Source of the DNA: Halobacteriota archaeon
GTDB lineage: Archaea > Halobacteriota > Syntropharchaeia > DAOWMC01
Assembly: GCA_034189535.1 (NCBI GenBank)
Contig: JAXHUQ010000002.1
Coordinates: forward strand, 1-46,040
Length of the DNA stretch: 46,040 nt
Reading direction: 5' to 3'
A program made the position numbers and the translations under genes. The notes under the pieces are model-generated. The model saw only the letters and a program-made list of their open reading frames with translations, had not been told where the DNA came from and made no database searches. Positions 29,020-39,113 of this stretch are shown one piece after another; the stretch's first letter is position 1, and the number at the start of each line of letters is the position of its first letter.

Positions 29020-31351
29020 TGATTGCGGGCAAGGGGACCTTATCTTAATGGGTACGGACAGCACGAATGATATCCTTATTAGGGGTTACACTCTCGCTGA
29101 AAAGTATCTCATCGATAAAGAGACGATAATTGTTGCCCTCGATTCCGATCAAAAGATACAAAATATTAACAGATATGGATTGGAATTACTTAGATATACA
29201 AGGGAAGACCTTTCTGGATGTAGTTGGTCCGATCTATCTGTTTCAGATGGGAATAGAAAAGAAGTAGAGTCTTTACTTGCTAAAATTCTAAAAGAACCAT
29301 CAGAAGAGAGTATAGCTTACAAAGACACCTTATTGACAAAGGATGGTACGACTAAGCACTTTTCATGGCGAGTTACTGTGGTTTTGGAAGATTCGGGTGA
29401 TGCGGTTGGGGCGATACTTACAGGGGGGGTTATAGGCGAGAATTTATATGATAGAGAGGGTGTGTATTCTGCCATCGTTAATGGGGGAAGTGATGGCGTA
29501 ATAATTATGAAAGATCTGAAGGTTGTCTTTGCCAATCAGAAGATAGCTGAGATCACGGGTTATGATATTGAAGAGGCTAGAGAGATAGATCTGAAAAAGA
29601 TAACACCGCCTGAGCACTATATAAAGGCTGCTTCCAGATTCATTCGGAGAATGAAAGGTGAGGATCTGCCCCAGGCCCTGGAGATGGAAATTTTTCATAA
29701 AGACGGTCATAGGATCCCCATTGAGCTTAATAACTCAAGGATAGAATATGATGGAGGACCTGCAAGTGCCATCTATATCCGGGATATATCTGATAGAAAA
29801 AAGGCAGAAGAGGATGCAAAAAAGAATGAAGAGATGTATAAATTCCTCTACGACAATAACCATGCCATAAATATAGTTATCGGGCTAGATGGGACAATTT
29901 TAGATCTTAATCCTGCTGCAGCAAGACTACTGGGGTATGATGCAAAAGAAATCTTGGGTAGACATGCTCTTGAGTTTGTCAGTCTCTCTCAGCGGAGTTC
30001 TGCTTTTTGGAATATGATAAAAATCTTGCGCGGAGATACTGTTCCAAGCATTGAGCTCGAAGTTGTTACCAAGTATGGCGACTCTACACTTCTATTTGCA
30101 GAGGGAAAAGCCGTCAGATTTGAAAAAAACGGACAACAAGGTATCATACTTAGTGGAATAGATATAACTGAGCGAAAGATAACAGAAGAAAACCTGTTAA
30201 GGAGTAAAGAGCAATATCGCCTACTTGCAGATAACCTGAAGGACGTTATCTGGAGTATGGATATGGAACTGAAGATAAATTATATCAGCCCGTCTTCCAT
30301 AGAGATGTTTGGTATAGATCCTGAAGATGCGATTGGAAAGTCGATGATGAATCTGATGCCAAAGGAATCGACTGAGTCGATGATGAGGGGTATAAAAAAG
30401 AATCCTGATTTATTAAAAACCATAATAGAGATGCTGTCTGGACTTATAAGCTCAACAGAGATTATTAAACGATCAGACCTTCTTTCAAGACCATTAGAAT
30501 ATGAATATTATTGCCCTGATGGTAAAAAAATCTACGTCAGTTCAACGATGAATCTTGTTATAAATTCGGAGGGTGAAGCTGTCGGAGTTTGTGGTATCAC
30601 AAGAGATATTACCAATCTTAAGAGATCAGAAGAAGGACTGAAAGAGGCCCTTTACAACCTAAGAAGGTCTAATCAAGAACTTGAGCAGTTGACCTATATT
30701 GCATCGCATGACCTGCAAGAGCCTCTGAGGATGGTTGCAAGTTTTGTAGGAATGCTTTCTATCCGCTACAAAGATAAACTGGATTCAGAAGCAAAAGAGT
30801 ATATAGACTACGCAATCGATGGCGTAAAACGGATGAGAGAAATGGTCGACAATCTGATGGCTTACTCGAGTGTTTTAACCAAAGGAAGTCCATTTGAACC
30901 GGTAGACTGTGATATGATACTTGATCGTTCGCTTAAAAACCTATTATTAAGTATTAATGAGTCTGAAGCGGTAATAACGTCAGAAAAGTTACCGCAATTG
31001 TGGGGAGATCCTACACAGTTAGCAGTAATATTCAGGACACTCATCGAAAATGCAATCAAGTATCGCAGTAAAGAGAGACCGATTATTATAATCTCGTCAG
31101 AGAGAGAAGATGATCACTTCATTTTTAAAATTAAAGATAACGGAATAGGAATCGAACCTAAAAACCTAGAGAAGGTCTTCGAACCTTTCAAACGCATGAA
31201 TAAGAAGAGATCCGGTACCGGAATAGGTCTTGCGATATGTGACAGGATAATTCAGCGTCATGGTGGAAGGATATGGGTAGAATCAGAGCCTGGGAAGGGT
31301 TCAACGTTTTACTTTACTATTCCGGTCAAAGGAGGGGATAAAAATGAATGA
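29009..31351 (+). CDS. Soluble multi-PAS sensor histidine kinase HK4 (4 PAS modules + HisKA + HATPase_c)
   Basis: Track start TTG 29000. ATG at 29009 (MNGDDCGQ...) follows GAAGGT and overlaps the HK3 stop (29017-29019). H-box [56 protein letters not shown]. Confidence 0.85.
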   Translation: MNGDDCGQGDLILMGTDSTNDILIRGYTLAEKYLIDKETIIVALDSDQKIQNINRYGLELLRYTREDLSGCSWSDLSVSDGNRKEVESLLAKILKEPSEESIAYKDTLLTKDGTTKHFSWRVTVVLEDSGDAVGAILTGGVIGENLYDREGVYSAIVNGGSDGVIIMKDLKVVFANQKIAEITGYDIEEAREIDLKKITPPEHYIKAASRFIRRMKGEDLPQALEMEIFHKDGHRIPIELNNSRIEYDGGPASAIYIRDISDRKKAEEDAKKNEEMYKFLYDNNHAINIVIGLDGTILDLNPAAARLLGYDAKEILGRHALEFVSLSQRSSAFWNMIKILRGDTVPSIELEVVTKYGDSTLLFAEGKAVRFEKNGQQGIILSGIDITERKITEENLLRSKEQYRLLADNLKDVIWSMDMELKINYISPSSIEMFGIDPEDAIGKSMMNLMPKESTESMMRGIKKNPDLLKTIIEMLSGLISSTEIIKRSDLLSRPLEYEYYCPDGKKIYVSSTMNLVINSEGEAVGVCGITRDITNLKRSEEGLKEALYNLRRSNQELEQLTYIASHDLQEPLRMVASFVGMLSIRYKDKLDSEAKEYIDYAIDGVKRMREMVDNLMAYSSVLTKGSPFEPVDCDMILDRSLKNLLLSINESEAVITSEKLPQLWGDPTQLAVIFRTLIENAIKYRSKERPIIIISSEREDDHFIFKIKDNGIGIEPKNLEKVFEPFKRMNKKRSGTGIGLAICDRIIQRHGGRIWVESEPGKGSTFYFTIPVKGGDKNE

Positions 31352-31787
31352 AGAACGGTTAAAACCAATTGAGATACTCCTTGTGGAGGATAATCCTGGA
31401 GACGTAAGGTTGACCCAAGAAGCCTTCAAGGAAGGTAAGATAAAGAACAATCTGTATGTAGCAAAAGACGGTGTTGAAGCGATAGAATTTCTAAGGCATC
31501 AGGGTGAGTATTCCGATTCGCCTCGTCCTGACCTGATTCTACTGGATCTGAATATGCCAAGAAAGAGTGGTAAAGAGGTTCTTGAAGAGGTCAAGGCTGA
31601 TGAGGGGCTAAGGCGCATCCCTGTTGTAATCCTCACAACTTCCAAAGCAGAAGAGGATATATTCAGATCATACGATCTACATGCAAACTGTTTCATAACA
31701 AAACCAGTGGATATGGATCAGTTTATTGATGTTGTAAAGTTTATTGAGAGCTTCTGGTTCACTGTTGTGAGGTTACCGACAAGATGA
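31344..31787 (+). CDS. Stand-alone response-regulator receiver RR2 (Rcp1-like)
   Basis: [79 protein letters not shown]. Overlaps the HK4 stop by 8 nt and the HK5 start by 4 nt (ATGA). Confidence 0.9.
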   Translation: MNEERLKPIEILLVEDNPGDVRLTQEAFKEGKIKNNLYVAKDGVEAIEFLRHQGEYSDSPRPDLILLDLNMPRKSGKEVLEEVKADEGLRRIPVVILTTSKAEEDIFRSYDLHANCFITKPVDMDQFIDVVKFIESFWFTVVRLPTR

Positions 31788-34510
31788 CTGGTAAGAAGAT
31801 TGAGTCCGCAGGTTCTCTTCTGTTACTAAAAGAGCCTGAAGATAGCAGACAAAAAGATGAGTGGAGTGCAGCAGAGAGATATCTTGATTTTACAAAAGAG
31901 ATTATTGTTGCAATCGATCTTGATGAGAAGATTACTCATATCAACAGAGCAGGGTGTGAGACCTTAGGCATTCGAAGAGAGGAGATTTTTGGTGAGAACT
32001 GGTTTGAGATGTTCGTCCCGGAAAATTTAAGAGAAGATGCAAGATCTTACTTCAGAAGGTTGATCTTTGAAGATGGATATCATTCGGAACATTTTGAGTC
32101 TTATGCCATCGGAAGTGAGAGTCATGAAAAGATAATTTCATGGCACATCGCTGCCTTTGCAGATGAATCCGGTAATACAATAGGTGTACTTGGATCAGGG
32201 GAGGATATCACCGAACTAGTGGTAATGAAGGGTGAGTTGTCACAACAGATGGCGTATACGAAAGGAATTCTCGATAATGCACCCGATATGATACTGGTCC
32301 TTGATAGGAGATGGAAGATAACCTATGCAAACAACACTCTCGCAAAATTTGCGGGAATGAAAACAAATGAAGTTGTCGGTAAGGAATTGATGAGTGTTGT
32401 AAAGGAAGCGGGAATTCTGAACAGTAAATCGGTCAAAATATTGTCTGCACGTATGAAAGAGTGGCTTCAGACGGGAAAACCAATATCTGACGTTGAGTTA
32501 GACGCAATTGACAAAAATGGTGAAGAATTTTCCTTCAGCTACTCAACATCTGTTATCAAGGGTGAAGATGGGGACGTCATCGGAGAGTTCGTAATAATTC
32601 GTGATATCACTGAATCAAAGAAGGTAAAAGAGGTGATAGAAGAGAGTGAAGAAAAATACTCTTCACTTGTTGAACTTAGCCCGGATGCTATTATGATGAT
32701 CAGTGAAGCAAAAATCGTCTTCTGCAACAGCCAATATTACAAGATGCTCGGCATTGAAGATTATGATGTAGTTGGAAAGAGTGTCTTTGAACTTCTCAAT
32801 GGGATAATGAAAGATTCACTTGCCGTTTTAACAAAAGATGAAAGGCAAAAGATCGTAAAAAACCTTAAAGATGCAGCCAGAGGTGTCGTTGAACCACGTA
32901 GATATCAGATACCTGCAAGGAGATCCACAGGCGAGATGATATGGGTCGAAATATATGTTACTCCGATCACCTACAAAAAGAAGACTGCAGAGATGATCCT
33001 TGTGCGAGATATCACTGAGAGCAAAAGAGCTGAAGAGATCACCAAGATTGAGCATCAGAAATATCAGGAGGTTGTCGAAAACATCGATGAAGGGCTATTT
33101 AATATGGATCTGAAAGGTAGGGTCAGACTCATCAACCCGAAGATAGCCGAAAAGGTGACCGGGTATGACATGGATGAGATTGAAGGAAAATCCCTTACAA
33201 TGCTTGCACCAAAAGAAGAGATGCCTGCCGCTATATCTGTCATCCAAAAGGTCCTTGGTGGGAATAAGATTCGCAACTTTGAGACGGTGCTTAAGAAGAA
33301 GGATGGTACTATTGTTCCTTTCCTCATGTCTCTTACACCCAAGATGAAGGATGGTAAAATTTACGAGATATTTGGCGTTGTAAATGATATCAGTGAGAAG
33401 AAAAACGCCGAAGAGAAAGCAAGGGTCGTACAGGAGCGGTATAAGACGGTAGTTGAAAATATCGGAGAAGGGCTATTTATACAAGATGCAACAGGAGTCA
33501 TAAATTATGTCAATCCGGAGATAGAGAATATAACTGGCTACAGCGCACGCGAACTGATCGGATCGAACTTTGCAAATCTTCTGTCAAAAGATGTTCGCAA
33601 GATTATATTACCGGGTTTCGGTAGACTCATGAAAGGAGAAACTCTGCATAATCTCGATATTAATTTTACAAGAAAAGACGGAGAAGAGATCTTTATAGAA
33701 ATTACTATAACGCCATATCTAAAGAAAGGTAAAATTACAGAGATAACAGGCGTTATTCGAGATATAACCGAGAGGAAGGAGTCAGAAGCAATTTTGAATA
33801 AGACTTTATCCGATCTCAAGCATACCAATAAAGAACTTGAGCAGTTTGCATATGTTGCCTCTCATGACTTGCAGGAGCCGCTCAGGATGGTGGGAAGCTA
33901 TGTGCAACTCATCTCACGTAGGTACAAAGGCAGGTTAGACGATGATGCCGACGAGTTTATAGAGTATGCTGTTGACGGTGCCAGGCGTATGCAGAATATG
34001 ATCAACGACTTACTCACCTATTCACGCGTTGGGACAAGGGGAAGTCCATTTAAGCAAATAAACTGCGAAGAGATCATAAGAAATGTAACTATAGATCTTT
34101 CAATACTGATTGAGGAGAATAATGCATCGATAACTCACGATCCTCTGCCTGTCGTGTGGGCCGATGAAGTACAGCTTATACAGCTATTCTCAAATCTTAT
34201 TGGAAACTCGATCAAGTATCGCCGTGAAGATAATCCAAAGGTTCATATTTCGGTTGAAAAGAGTGCTGACAATTGGTTATTTTCTGTACAGGACAACGGA
34301 ATGGGAATAGACTCGGTTTATAAAGAAAATATATTCAACGTCTTCAGTAGAATGGATAAAAGACAGTCGGGTACTGGAATTGGTCTTGCAGTATGTATGA
34401 AGATAGTTAAGCGTCATGGTGGCAATATTTGGGTCAAATCAGAATTAAATAAAGGTTCAACATTCTATTTTACAATTCCAACAAGGAGAAAATTTGATGA
34501 TGAAGAATAA
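31784..34510 (+). CDS. Soluble multi-PAS sensor histidine kinase HK5 (5 PAS modules + HisKA + HATPase_c)
   Basis: 908 aa with no TM segment. H-box [60 protein letters not shown]. Confidence 0.9.
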   Translation: MTGKKIESAGSLLLLKEPEDSRQKDEWSAAERYLDFTKEIIVAIDLDEKITHINRAGCETLGIRREEIFGENWFEMFVPENLREDARSYFRRLIFEDGYHSEHFESYAIGSESHEKIISWHIAAFADESGNTIGVLGSGEDITELVVMKGELSQQMAYTKGILDNAPDMILVLDRRWKITYANNTLAKFAGMKTNEVVGKELMSVVKEAGILNSKSVKILSARMKEWLQTGKPISDVELDAIDKNGEEFSFSYSTSVIKGEDGDVIGEFVIIRDITESKKVKEVIEESEEKYSSLVELSPDAIMMISEAKIVFCNSQYYKMLGIEDYDVVGKSVFELLNGIMKDSLAVLTKDERQKIVKNLKDAARGVVEPRRYQIPARRSTGEMIWVEIYVTPITYKKKTAEMILVRDITESKRAEEITKIEHQKYQEVVENIDEGLFNMDLKGRVRLINPKIAEKVTGYDMDEIEGKSLTMLAPKEEMPAAISVIQKVLGGNKIRNFETVLKKKDGTIVPFLMSLTPKMKDGKIYEIFGVVNDISEKKNAEEKARVVQERYKTVVENIGEGLFIQDATGVINYVNPEIENITGYSARELIGSNFANLLSKDVRKIILPGFGRLMKGETLHNLDINFTRKDGEEIFIEITITPYLKKGKITEITGVIRDITERKESEAILNKTLSDLKHTNKELEQFAYVASHDLQEPLRMVGSYVQLISRRYKGRLDDDADEFIEYAVDGARRMQNMINDLLTYSRVGTRGSPFKQINCEEIIRNVTIDLSILIEENNASITHDPLPVVWADEVQLIQLFSNLIGNSIKYRREDNPKVHISVEKSADNWLFSVQDNGMGIDSVYKENIFNVFSRMDKRQSGTGIGLAVCMKIVKRHGGNIWVKSELNKGSTFYFTIPTRRKFDDEE

Positions 34511-34943
34511 CATAGATGAAGCTGTTGAAATACTACTTGTGGAAGATAACCCTGGCGATGTAAGATTGACGCAGGAAGCGTTCAAAGAAGGCAAGATAAA
34601 GAATAATTTACATGTAGTCGGGGATGGTATTGAAGCTTTAGAATTTTTAAGGAATGAAGGCGAGTATGCGGATGCTCCTCGTCCCGATCTTGTGCTACTC
34701 GATCTGAATATGCCGAGGAAGGGAGGTAGAGAGGTTCTTGAAGAGATGAAGGCAGATGACGATCTTAAAGGCATCCCTGTTGTGATTCTCACTACATCAG
34801 AAGCAGAGCAGGATATACTCAGATCATATGATATGCAGGCAAACTGTTACATAACAAAACCGGTAGATGTGATGCAGTTCTTCCAGATCATTCACTACAT
34901 CGAGGATTTCTGGTTTACTATTGTGAAGTTGCCGGGAGGTTGA
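34494..34943 (+). CDS. Stand-alone response-regulator receiver RR3 (Rcp1-like)
   Basis: [78 protein letters not shown]. Overlaps the HK5 3' end by 17 nt. The next gene starts 1 nt after its stop. Confidence 0.9.
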   Translation: MMMKNNIDEAVEILLVEDNPGDVRLTQEAFKEGKIKNNLHVVGDGIEALEFLRNEGEYADAPRPDLVLLDLNMPRKGGREVLEEMKADDDLKGIPVVILTTSEAEQDILRSYDMQANCYITKPVDVMQFFQIIHYIEDFWFTIVKLPGG

Positions 34944-34944
34944 G

Positions 34945-36570
34945 ATGACTAAGACTAAAAATACAACGGTCCTACTGGTAGAAGACAACCCAGGGGACGC
35001 ACGTCTTATAAAAGAGATGCTAAAATTCAGCAGCACCACAAGATTCGAGCTCACACAAGTTGAGAGTCTAAAAGATGCAATCGAGGTTCTTGAAGAGGAG
35101 TCTTTTGACATTATCCTCTCGGATCTCGGGCTCCCTGACAGCTGGGGACTTGATACCTTCAACAAATTACACATTCATGTGCCGAGGGTCCCAACCATTG
35201 TGCTGACCGGGCTAAACGATGATGTCACCGGTACAAGGGCGGTGCGCGAAGGTGCACAGGATTACCTCATAAAAGGACAGGTGGATGGGGATATTCTGTC
35301 AAGGGCCATCCATTATGCCATAGAGCGAAAGAAGAGTGATGAAGCATTAAGAGAGAGCGAAGAGAAGTACTCTGCACTTGTAGAGTTGAGCCCTGATGGA
35401 ATAGTTCTATTGCAAGCTGGCAAGGTGATATTTGCAAATAATAGCATATATAGACTCTTTGATATTGATGAATCAGATTTAATCGGTGGAGATATTTTTA
35501 AACTGATGAATGGTTCATTAAAAGATGCTATGGATGTATTGAATGGCCAGGAGAGGAGTTTAATAATAAATAACCTATCAGAAGCTGCAAGAGGAAATAT
35601 AACGGCCAGAACATACCGATTACCTTCAAAGAGGAAGTCAGGAGATATAATCTGGATTGAGGTCCATGTCACTCCGATCATGTACAAGGGAATAACTTCA
35701 GAGCTGATCCTCTTCAAGGACATCACAGAACAAAAGGAAGCCGAACAATCAATTAAGGAGAAGAATAAGGAGTTACAGGTGATGGGAGAAGAGCTACAAG
35801 AACTCAACCTTAATCTTGAAAACAAGGTAAAAGAGAGGACGATAGAGGTTGAAAATCTTCTGAAACAGAAGGATGAATTTGTTAATCAGCTCGGGCATGA
35901 CCTTAAAAGCCCACTTACACCCCTTGTAACGCTCTTGCCCATAATTGAAGAAAGAGAGAAAGATTCTGAACTTAAAGAACTACTCGGAATAAGTATCGAG
36001 AATGTCAATTTCATGAAGGAGCTTGTTATAAAGACACTCTCACTTGCGAGGTTGAATGCGCCAAATACAAAGTTCAATATAGATGAAGTAAAGCTCTCAA
36101 AAGAGGTTAAAACGATCTTTTACACCAAACAACAGATATTCATTGAGAGAGGTATATCGACAGAAAATAAGGTTCCAGAGGGACTGATTGTAAGAGCGGA
36201 TAAGTTGAGGCTCGATGAGTTATTTGACAACTTGATAACAAACGCAATCAAGTATAGCAACGAAGGCGGTTCTATAACGATAGATGCGGAAGATAATGGT
36301 GATTTCGTTAAAGTTTCAATCAAAGATACCGGCGTTGGTATGGCCGAAGAGCAGTTGAGCCATATCTTTGAAGAGTTCTACAAGGTAGACCCATCAAGAC
36401 ACGATCTTGATTCTTCCGGTCTCGGACTTTCGATATGTAAACGCATTGTCGAGAAGCACGGTGGAAAGATATGGGCTGAAAGCCCCGGAGAAGGTAAGGG
36501 CACAACATTCTACTTCACGATCCCTGCTCTAAGAGTGGAAGAGGAGGAGATGTTAGTTCTTGCTTATTAA
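34945..36570 (+). CDS. Hybrid REC-PAS-histidine kinase HK6 (N-terminal receiver, 1 PAS, coiled coil, different HisKA type, HATPase_c)
   Basis: Receiver: [42 protein letters not shown] related to HK1 module 3 and HK5 module 3. H-box FVNQLGHDLKSPLTPL (EnvZ-like, unlike the SHDLQEPL cores upstream). N-box LFDNLITNAIKY. IKDTGVGM. SSGLGLSICKRIVEKHGGKIW. Confidence 0.9.
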   Translation: MTKTKNTTVLLVEDNPGDARLIKEMLKFSSTTRFELTQVESLKDAIEVLEEESFDIILSDLGLPDSWGLDTFNKLHIHVPRVPTIVLTGLNDDVTGTRAVREGAQDYLIKGQVDGDILSRAIHYAIERKKSDEALRESEEKYSALVELSPDGIVLLQAGKVIFANNSIYRLFDIDESDLIGGDIFKLMNGSLKDAMDVLNGQERSLIINNLSEAARGNITARTYRLPSKRKSGDIIWIEVHVTPIMYKGITSELILFKDITEQKEAEQSIKEKNKELQVMGEELQELNLNLENKVKERTIEVENLLKQKDEFVNQLGHDLKSPLTPLVTLLPIIEEREKDSELKELLGISIENVNFMKELVIKTLSLARLNAPNTKFNIDEVKLSKEVKTIFYTKQQIFIERGISTENKVPEGLIVRADKLRLDELFDNLITNAIKYSNEGGSITIDAEDNGDFVKVSIKDTGVGMAEEQLSHIFEEFYKVDPSRHDLDSSGLGLSICKRIVEKHGGKIWAESPGEGKGTTFYFTIPALRVEEEEMLVLAY

Positions 36571-36576
36571 GATGTG

Positions 36577-36582
36577 TTTTTT
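36577..36582 (+). terminator. T6 tract after the last kinase gene; candidate oligo-T terminator
   Basis: gtgTTTTTTa read 7 nt after the HK6 stop. It is the only T-run of 6 or more at any gene junction of the nine-gene array. Confidence 0.3.
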
Positions 36583-36620
36583 ATCAAACCATTTATCATC
36601 TCGTTTCTCATACTCCCTTT

Positions 36621-37736
36621 ATGCTTTCAAACTTTGATGATATCAATATAAAAGAGCTCTCTGAGATTTACGATTCTGAAAACAAGGATACATTCATTAC
36701 TCTTTTTTTAAATATAGAAAGTTACGATGACAAATTCCTTGAAAAAAGGAAAAAATCCTGTATATCTGTTCTCAAGGGAAATAAGGATCTTCTTACCAAT
36801 TTTAACAGAACAGTAAAGATGATAGAAAGATATCTAAAAAAGATGGCGAGGGAGAAAGATCTGAAGGGACTTGCACTCTTTGCATCTCACAAGAACAACT
36901 TTTTCAGGGCGTATAAATTGAGAATCCCACTTGAGGATATGATGGTTGTAGACACATCACCATACGTCAGACCCCTGGTACGATTGATCGACGAGTATGA
37001 ATCATTCGGACTTGTTCTTCTTGATAGTCACAGGGCGGAAATCTATGTAGTCTCTTCAGGCAAAATCGAGGTTGAGGGAGAAAGGGTTAGCGATATCATG
37101 AACAAGCACAAGAAAGGGGGATGGTCGCAGGCCCGTTTTCAGAGATTAAGAGAGGGTGCGATAGATCATTTTTTAAAGGGAGTCGTAGAAGATGTGGAAA
37201 AGATCTCCAGTGATGAAGAGATTAAGAGGATAGTTATAGCCGGTTCGGGTAACGCGAAGAAGACGTTTGTTGATATGATCCCAGCTGGTATTAAATCGAA
37301 TGTTATTGATGTTATTGACGTCGAGTTTGACCAAGCAGAGGGTAGACTCATCTCAAAGGCAGAAAAAATTGTCTTCGAGGATGAGAAGAAGAGAAGTGAT
37401 GGGAATATTGAGAAATTAAGAGAAGAGATCCTAAAAGATGGGCTTGGTGTCCATGGCCTAAAAGAGACGTTAGATGCAGTTGAAAATGGCCAAGTGGATA
37501 CGCTTCTTGTAAGAAAAGGTCTCAAGGTCAGGGGATGGATATGTGAGAAGTGCCAGTCTGTAGGTCAGGGACATGTGAAAATTTGTCCGAACTGCGAGAG
37601 TGAAACTTCAGAAGCTGACATGATCGAGGAGATCATTGAGTTCGCCGAGAGAAAAGAGACTGTAATTGATTTCGTGGAAGGTAATCAGATGCTTGAGAAA
37701 CTCGGAGGAATAGGTGGACTCTTGAGGTATAGATAA
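36621..37736 (+). CDS. eRF1/Pelota-superfamily protein of the Vms1/ANKZF1-like (VLRF1/baeRF1) type with C-terminal zinc ribbon
   Basis: 371 aa. MNKHKKGGWSQARFQRLRE (nt 37116-37130 = GGWSQ) aligns with the aRF1/eRF1 loop KHGRGGQSALRFARLR but carries G-x-x-Q instead of GGQ. Downstream IVIAGSGNAKK and GQVDTLLV blocks resemble eRF1 domains 2 and 3. CEKC...CPNC (C308, C311, C322, C325) forms a zinc ribbon. Confidence 0.6.
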   Translation: MLSNFDDINIKELSEIYDSENKDTFITLFLNIESYDDKFLEKRKKSCISVLKGNKDLLTNFNRTVKMIERYLKKMAREKDLKGLALFASHKNNFFRAYKLRIPLEDMMVVDTSPYVRPLVRLIDEYESFGLVLLDSHRAEIYVVSSGKIEVEGERVSDIMNKHKKGGWSQARFQRLREGAIDHFLKGVVEDVEKISSDEEIKRIVIAGSGNAKKTFVDMIPAGIKSNVIDVIDVEFDQAEGRLISKAEKIVFEDEKKRSDGNIEKLREEILKDGLGVHGLKETLDAVENGQVDTLLVRKGLKVRGWICEKCQSVGQGHVKICPNCESETSEADMIEEIIEFAERKETVIDFVEGNQMLEKLGGIGGLLRYR

Positions 37737-38041
37737 AACCTAAACTCCCGTCAAATTAGTAATATTGAATATCCCACTCCATGTAGACGAGCGGAATATC
37801 ATATAGAGGTTGTCAAGTGAAATACTTAAGATATGGAGGTCCTTAACAACCTCTGCCACAGAAGGGGCAGAGGAAGAACTTCTCCCTAGGTAGAATTCCG
37901 GAAATGATAAGCTATCCTTTGATTTTATATCTAAGAAAAGGACAAGATAAGAAGAGGTTAAATGTCCTTTTCGATGATCTGGTGAGAAGATTCAACGAGG
38001 AGATCCCAGACCGAAAAAGATACCAACCACCTATCCTTCAC

Positions 38042-39022
38042 TTATTCATATCGATCAAGTGCATCAAGTACGAGGGGGAATACCTCATCATAAGCATTAG
38101 TTCCTACAAGGATATCTATGTGACCGAAATCAGGGAGGATATGAATGGAAGATTCGCCATGAACTTCCATTACTCTGTTGTAACTCTCGGTGGTAGATTC
38201 AGGTGTTGCAAACCTGTCTTTTGTACCGGTGATAAATACCATTGGGACATCAACCTTATCGAAGTTTTCCCAGTATGAGGGTGAAGTTTCCGAACCATAA
38301 TGTTCAATATTGCCTTCCGAGCCATAATTGTGCTTTGTCACCTCACCTCTTTTGAGAAAATCAAGAAAGTCAAGGAATACAGAAGGGGATTCATTTGAGA
38401 AGAGACTTAACATCTTACTACTCCTGCCCATATTATTCATAACGGAAGTAAGTGAAGTGGGTGATATACTACTGCGAGACCTAGAACCTATCATCCCCCT
38501 AACAAGCCTGGACTTTCCCATTCGCCTTACAAAACCCTCTGAAAAGTGACTCGGTGATGCTATCGAGACTACTACTTTGAGATCCTCTTTTCCATATCCG
38601 TCGATGACGTGTGCATATCCCAGCCATCCGCCCATGCTCCTACCTATCCACGAGACCTTATCTGATCCTGAGACCTCTTTCACCTTATCTATTATTGCTT
38701 TTGTGTCGTATTCGATCAGATCATTGATATTGAAATCCCAATATCCATTGGCGCTTTGACTGAAGTCCCATTCACCCTTTTCCTTAATAAAGAAACCTTT
38801 GCTTAGACCATGACCCCTCAGATCCACTACCCATGCGTCGTATCCATTGCTTGCCAGATACCTCGCAAGACTGCAACGTTCGTCTTTGAGAATATACTCG
38901 TTGCTATTTCCTGCCAGACCATGACACATTATTACAGGGCCCTTATCACCGCCGATTACTCTTTGTAATACTACCTTATAACCATCCTCGGTATCGGCGG
39001 TATAATCTTCCATACTACTCAT
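38042..39022 (-). CDS. Alpha/beta-fold hydrolase (lipase/esterase-like)
   Basis: 326 aa. Oxyanion-region VIMCHGLAGNS. Nucleophile elbow WIGRSMGGW (G-x-S-x-G). C-terminal GTKDRF...DFGHIDIL supplies Asp/His candidates. Confidence 0.75.
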   Translation of the reverse strand: MSSMEDYTADTEDGYKVVLQRVIGGDKGPVIMCHGLAGNSNEYILKDERCSLARYLASNGYDAWVVDLRGHGLSKGFFIKEKGEWDFSQSANGYWDFNINDLIEYDTKAIIDKVKEVSGSDKVSWIGRSMGGWLGYAHVIDGYGKEDLKVVVSIASPSHFSEGFVRRMGKSRLVRGMIGSRSRSSISPTSLTSVMNNMGRSSKMLSLFSNESPSVFLDFLDFLKRGEVTKHNYGSEGNIEHYGSETSPSYWENFDKVDVPMVFITGTKDRFATPESTTESYNRVMEVHGESSIHILPDFGHIDILVGTNAYDEVFPLVLDALDRYE

Positions 39023-39113
39023 TTTTTACCCCCATTGAGAAAAATTTCTGAGAAACTATGATCAGAACTTTACGATAAATTTAAATATCTTTCGGTTTTT
39101 AACGGTTTGTTAA

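Noticed and set aside
37904-38278. 124-aa plus-strand ORF overlapping the 3' end of the alpha/beta hydrolase gene. Also 38328..38549 and 38577..38759 (+).
   Set aside because: These are antisense to a gene with a clear GxSxG hydrolase signature and have no independent support.
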